Assembly: GCA_046563655.1 (NCBI GenBank)
Contig: CM102283.1
Location: forward strand, 1,054,001-1,118,000
Length of the DNA stretch: 64,000 nt
Reading direction: 5' to 3'
Source of the DNA: Yuukianura sp. NJ FZ-2021
Lineage: Eukaryota
The translations under genes and the position numbers were made by a program. Of the stretch, positions 62,901-64,000 are shown piece by piece. Every line of letters begins with the position of its first letter. The stretch's first letter is position 1. The notes beneath the pieces were generated by a model. It had not been told where the DNA came from and made no database searches. It saw nothing but the letters and a program-made list of their open reading frames with translations.

Positions 62901-64000
62901 TTTTCGAAATTTTGATTTTCTAAATGTATGAATTTTCATTTCCAGGAGAATTCTACAAACGACCGCCAGAAAACGTTGGGCCTGGTGAGCGACGGTCTCC
63001 GATCAAACAACCCGACAATTTGTACCAATCAGGTCCGTTCTACGCCAAACCAAAAGATGTCGCTCCGCTGAAAGGTGACCGCGCAGACGTTCTTCGGCCA
63101 ATTGACAACCTGCGACCGTCCGGAGACGTCGACTATGGACACAAACCGACTGCAGTTCCAAAGGGAGATCGCTATGATGCAAAAAAACCAAAAGACAACT
63201 TGTCTCCCGAAGGAGAATTCTACAAGCGACCGAAAGAACAATTTCCAACAGGCGAGAGAAGAACGCCAAAGAAACCGCAGGATAATTTGCATCTTCCAGA
63301 TGGATTGTTTACGCAGAAGCCAATGAAGGAAGGACCCCTTAAGGCAGAGCGAGCAGAAATTAAAATTCCGTCGGACAATTTGAAACCTGGCGGGAAATTT
63401 TATGAGAAACCAAAAGACGACGTCCCGGTTGGAGAACGACGACGTCCAATTCGTCATGAAGATACACTCAAAACTGAAGGTAAATTTTTCTTCTGACGCT
63501 AAAAAAAACAATGGTGCATCGTAGTTAAAAAATTTTAAAAAAAAAACCTCCTTATTGCTTTTTCTTCAACTGCTCTTTTAGCTCTTGAATAAAACTTCAT
63601 CACTTTTTGTCTCTTGCCATCGTATTTATGTGGTTGTGGGCTTACTTTATTAAATTGCATATTAAAATTTCAAATTCCAAAAACTAACAAATTCTTCAGC
63701 TTCTTTACTCATAATTTCACCTGTCGCGTCCATTTTGTTGAAACATTGCTCATTTTTAGGTCAATTTTACAAGAAACCGGTTGAAGCCGTACCGGTTGGT
63801 GAGAAACGATCTCCGGTAAAACATCCCGATAACTTGTTTCCTGAGGGAGACTTTTACAAGCGACCGGTTGAGGAAGTTGGTAAAGGAGAGCGGCAGAAAC
63901 CGTACAAATACAAGGACAATTTGTTCCCGGAAGGCGAATTTGCAAAAAGAGATGCCCAAAAAGTTCCTGTTGGGGAACGAGCCGAAACGAAACGCCCGGT
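46404..64000 (+). CDS. Giant SAXO/FAM154-like (possibly chascon-like) repeat protein, runs off the window; exons 46404-46504, 49141-49273, 49355-49476, 49804-52655, 55499-55675, 55748-58936, 60370-60558, 60645-62864, 62946-63479, 63760->64000
   Basis: Spliced N-terminus CVCELCTCGGHRCPH resembles the SAXO Cys-rich motif; MEGSSSYRDQF and FSEVTTSRMDF are Mn-like; Ser/Thr-rich region, then dozens of DNLxPEGEF repeats; all junctions are GT-AG and in frame. Confidence 0.8.
52735..54556 (-). CDS. B12-binding-domain radical SAM protein, 432 aa; exons 54556-53949 and 53425-52735
   Basis: GVYVWN and VLGGPQVT (B12-binding fold); RGYAE; LPSP; ETKRGCPFTCSF|C (CxxxCxxC completed by splicing); DPIFN; EFGIQT; LIYGLP.QT; PLMLLKGT. 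Confidence 0.9.
54914..54945 (+). repeat. GTCT/GTCC microsatellite, probable HINE/DINE-1-like remnant
   Basis: CTGTCTGTCTGTCCGTCTGTCCG resembles 10317-10335; termini not recognisable. Confidence 0.35.
59908..59980 (+). tRNA. tRNA-Phe(GAA) variant with a non-canonical T-arm
   Basis: Cloverleaf: GCCGAAA/TTTCGGC, GCTC/GAGC, TCAGA-CTGAAGA-TCTGA, GGCGG-GTCGAAA-CCGTC, discriminator A; oligo-T terminator ~6 nt downstream. Confidence 0.92.

Noticed and set aside
55834-63959. Many minus-strand Phe/Arg/Trp-rich ORFs
   Set aside because: Antisense shadows of the repetitive plus-strand exons

Overview
Eukaryotic (animal, probably arthropod) genomic DNA with short GT-AG introns; the gene set and compactness would fit a springtail, but that is only an inference. 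Left half (1-29.5 kb): a duplicated pair of small MGGNYS-starting membrane-protein ORFs brackets a 193-bp satellite array (~2.1-28.3 kb). A young BEL/Pao LTR retrotransposon is inserted in the array (3766-16155, minus strand). Its 5' LTR is split by a 5.8-kb composite Helentron/DINE-1-like element carrying a 271-bp tandem repeat and a MITE. Middle (29.8-43 kb): GH47 mannosidase pseudogene, 2'-5' oligoadenylate synthetase-like gene, 2OG-Fe(II) dioxygenase, TSSK-like kinase, SNIP1, two non-autonomous DNA transposons and a divergent Dcp1-like gene. Right (46.4 kb to end): a giant SAXO/FAM154-like repeat-protein gene. One of its introns holds an antisense, intron-containing B12-binding radical SAM gene (bacterial-type, HGT candidate). 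Another holds an aberrant tRNA-Phe(GAA) with an initiator-like T-arm. The 3' end of this tRNA matches the non-canonical primer-binding site of the BEL element 50 kb away at 18/18 nt. All calls come from reading the sequence by eye; no database searches were run.
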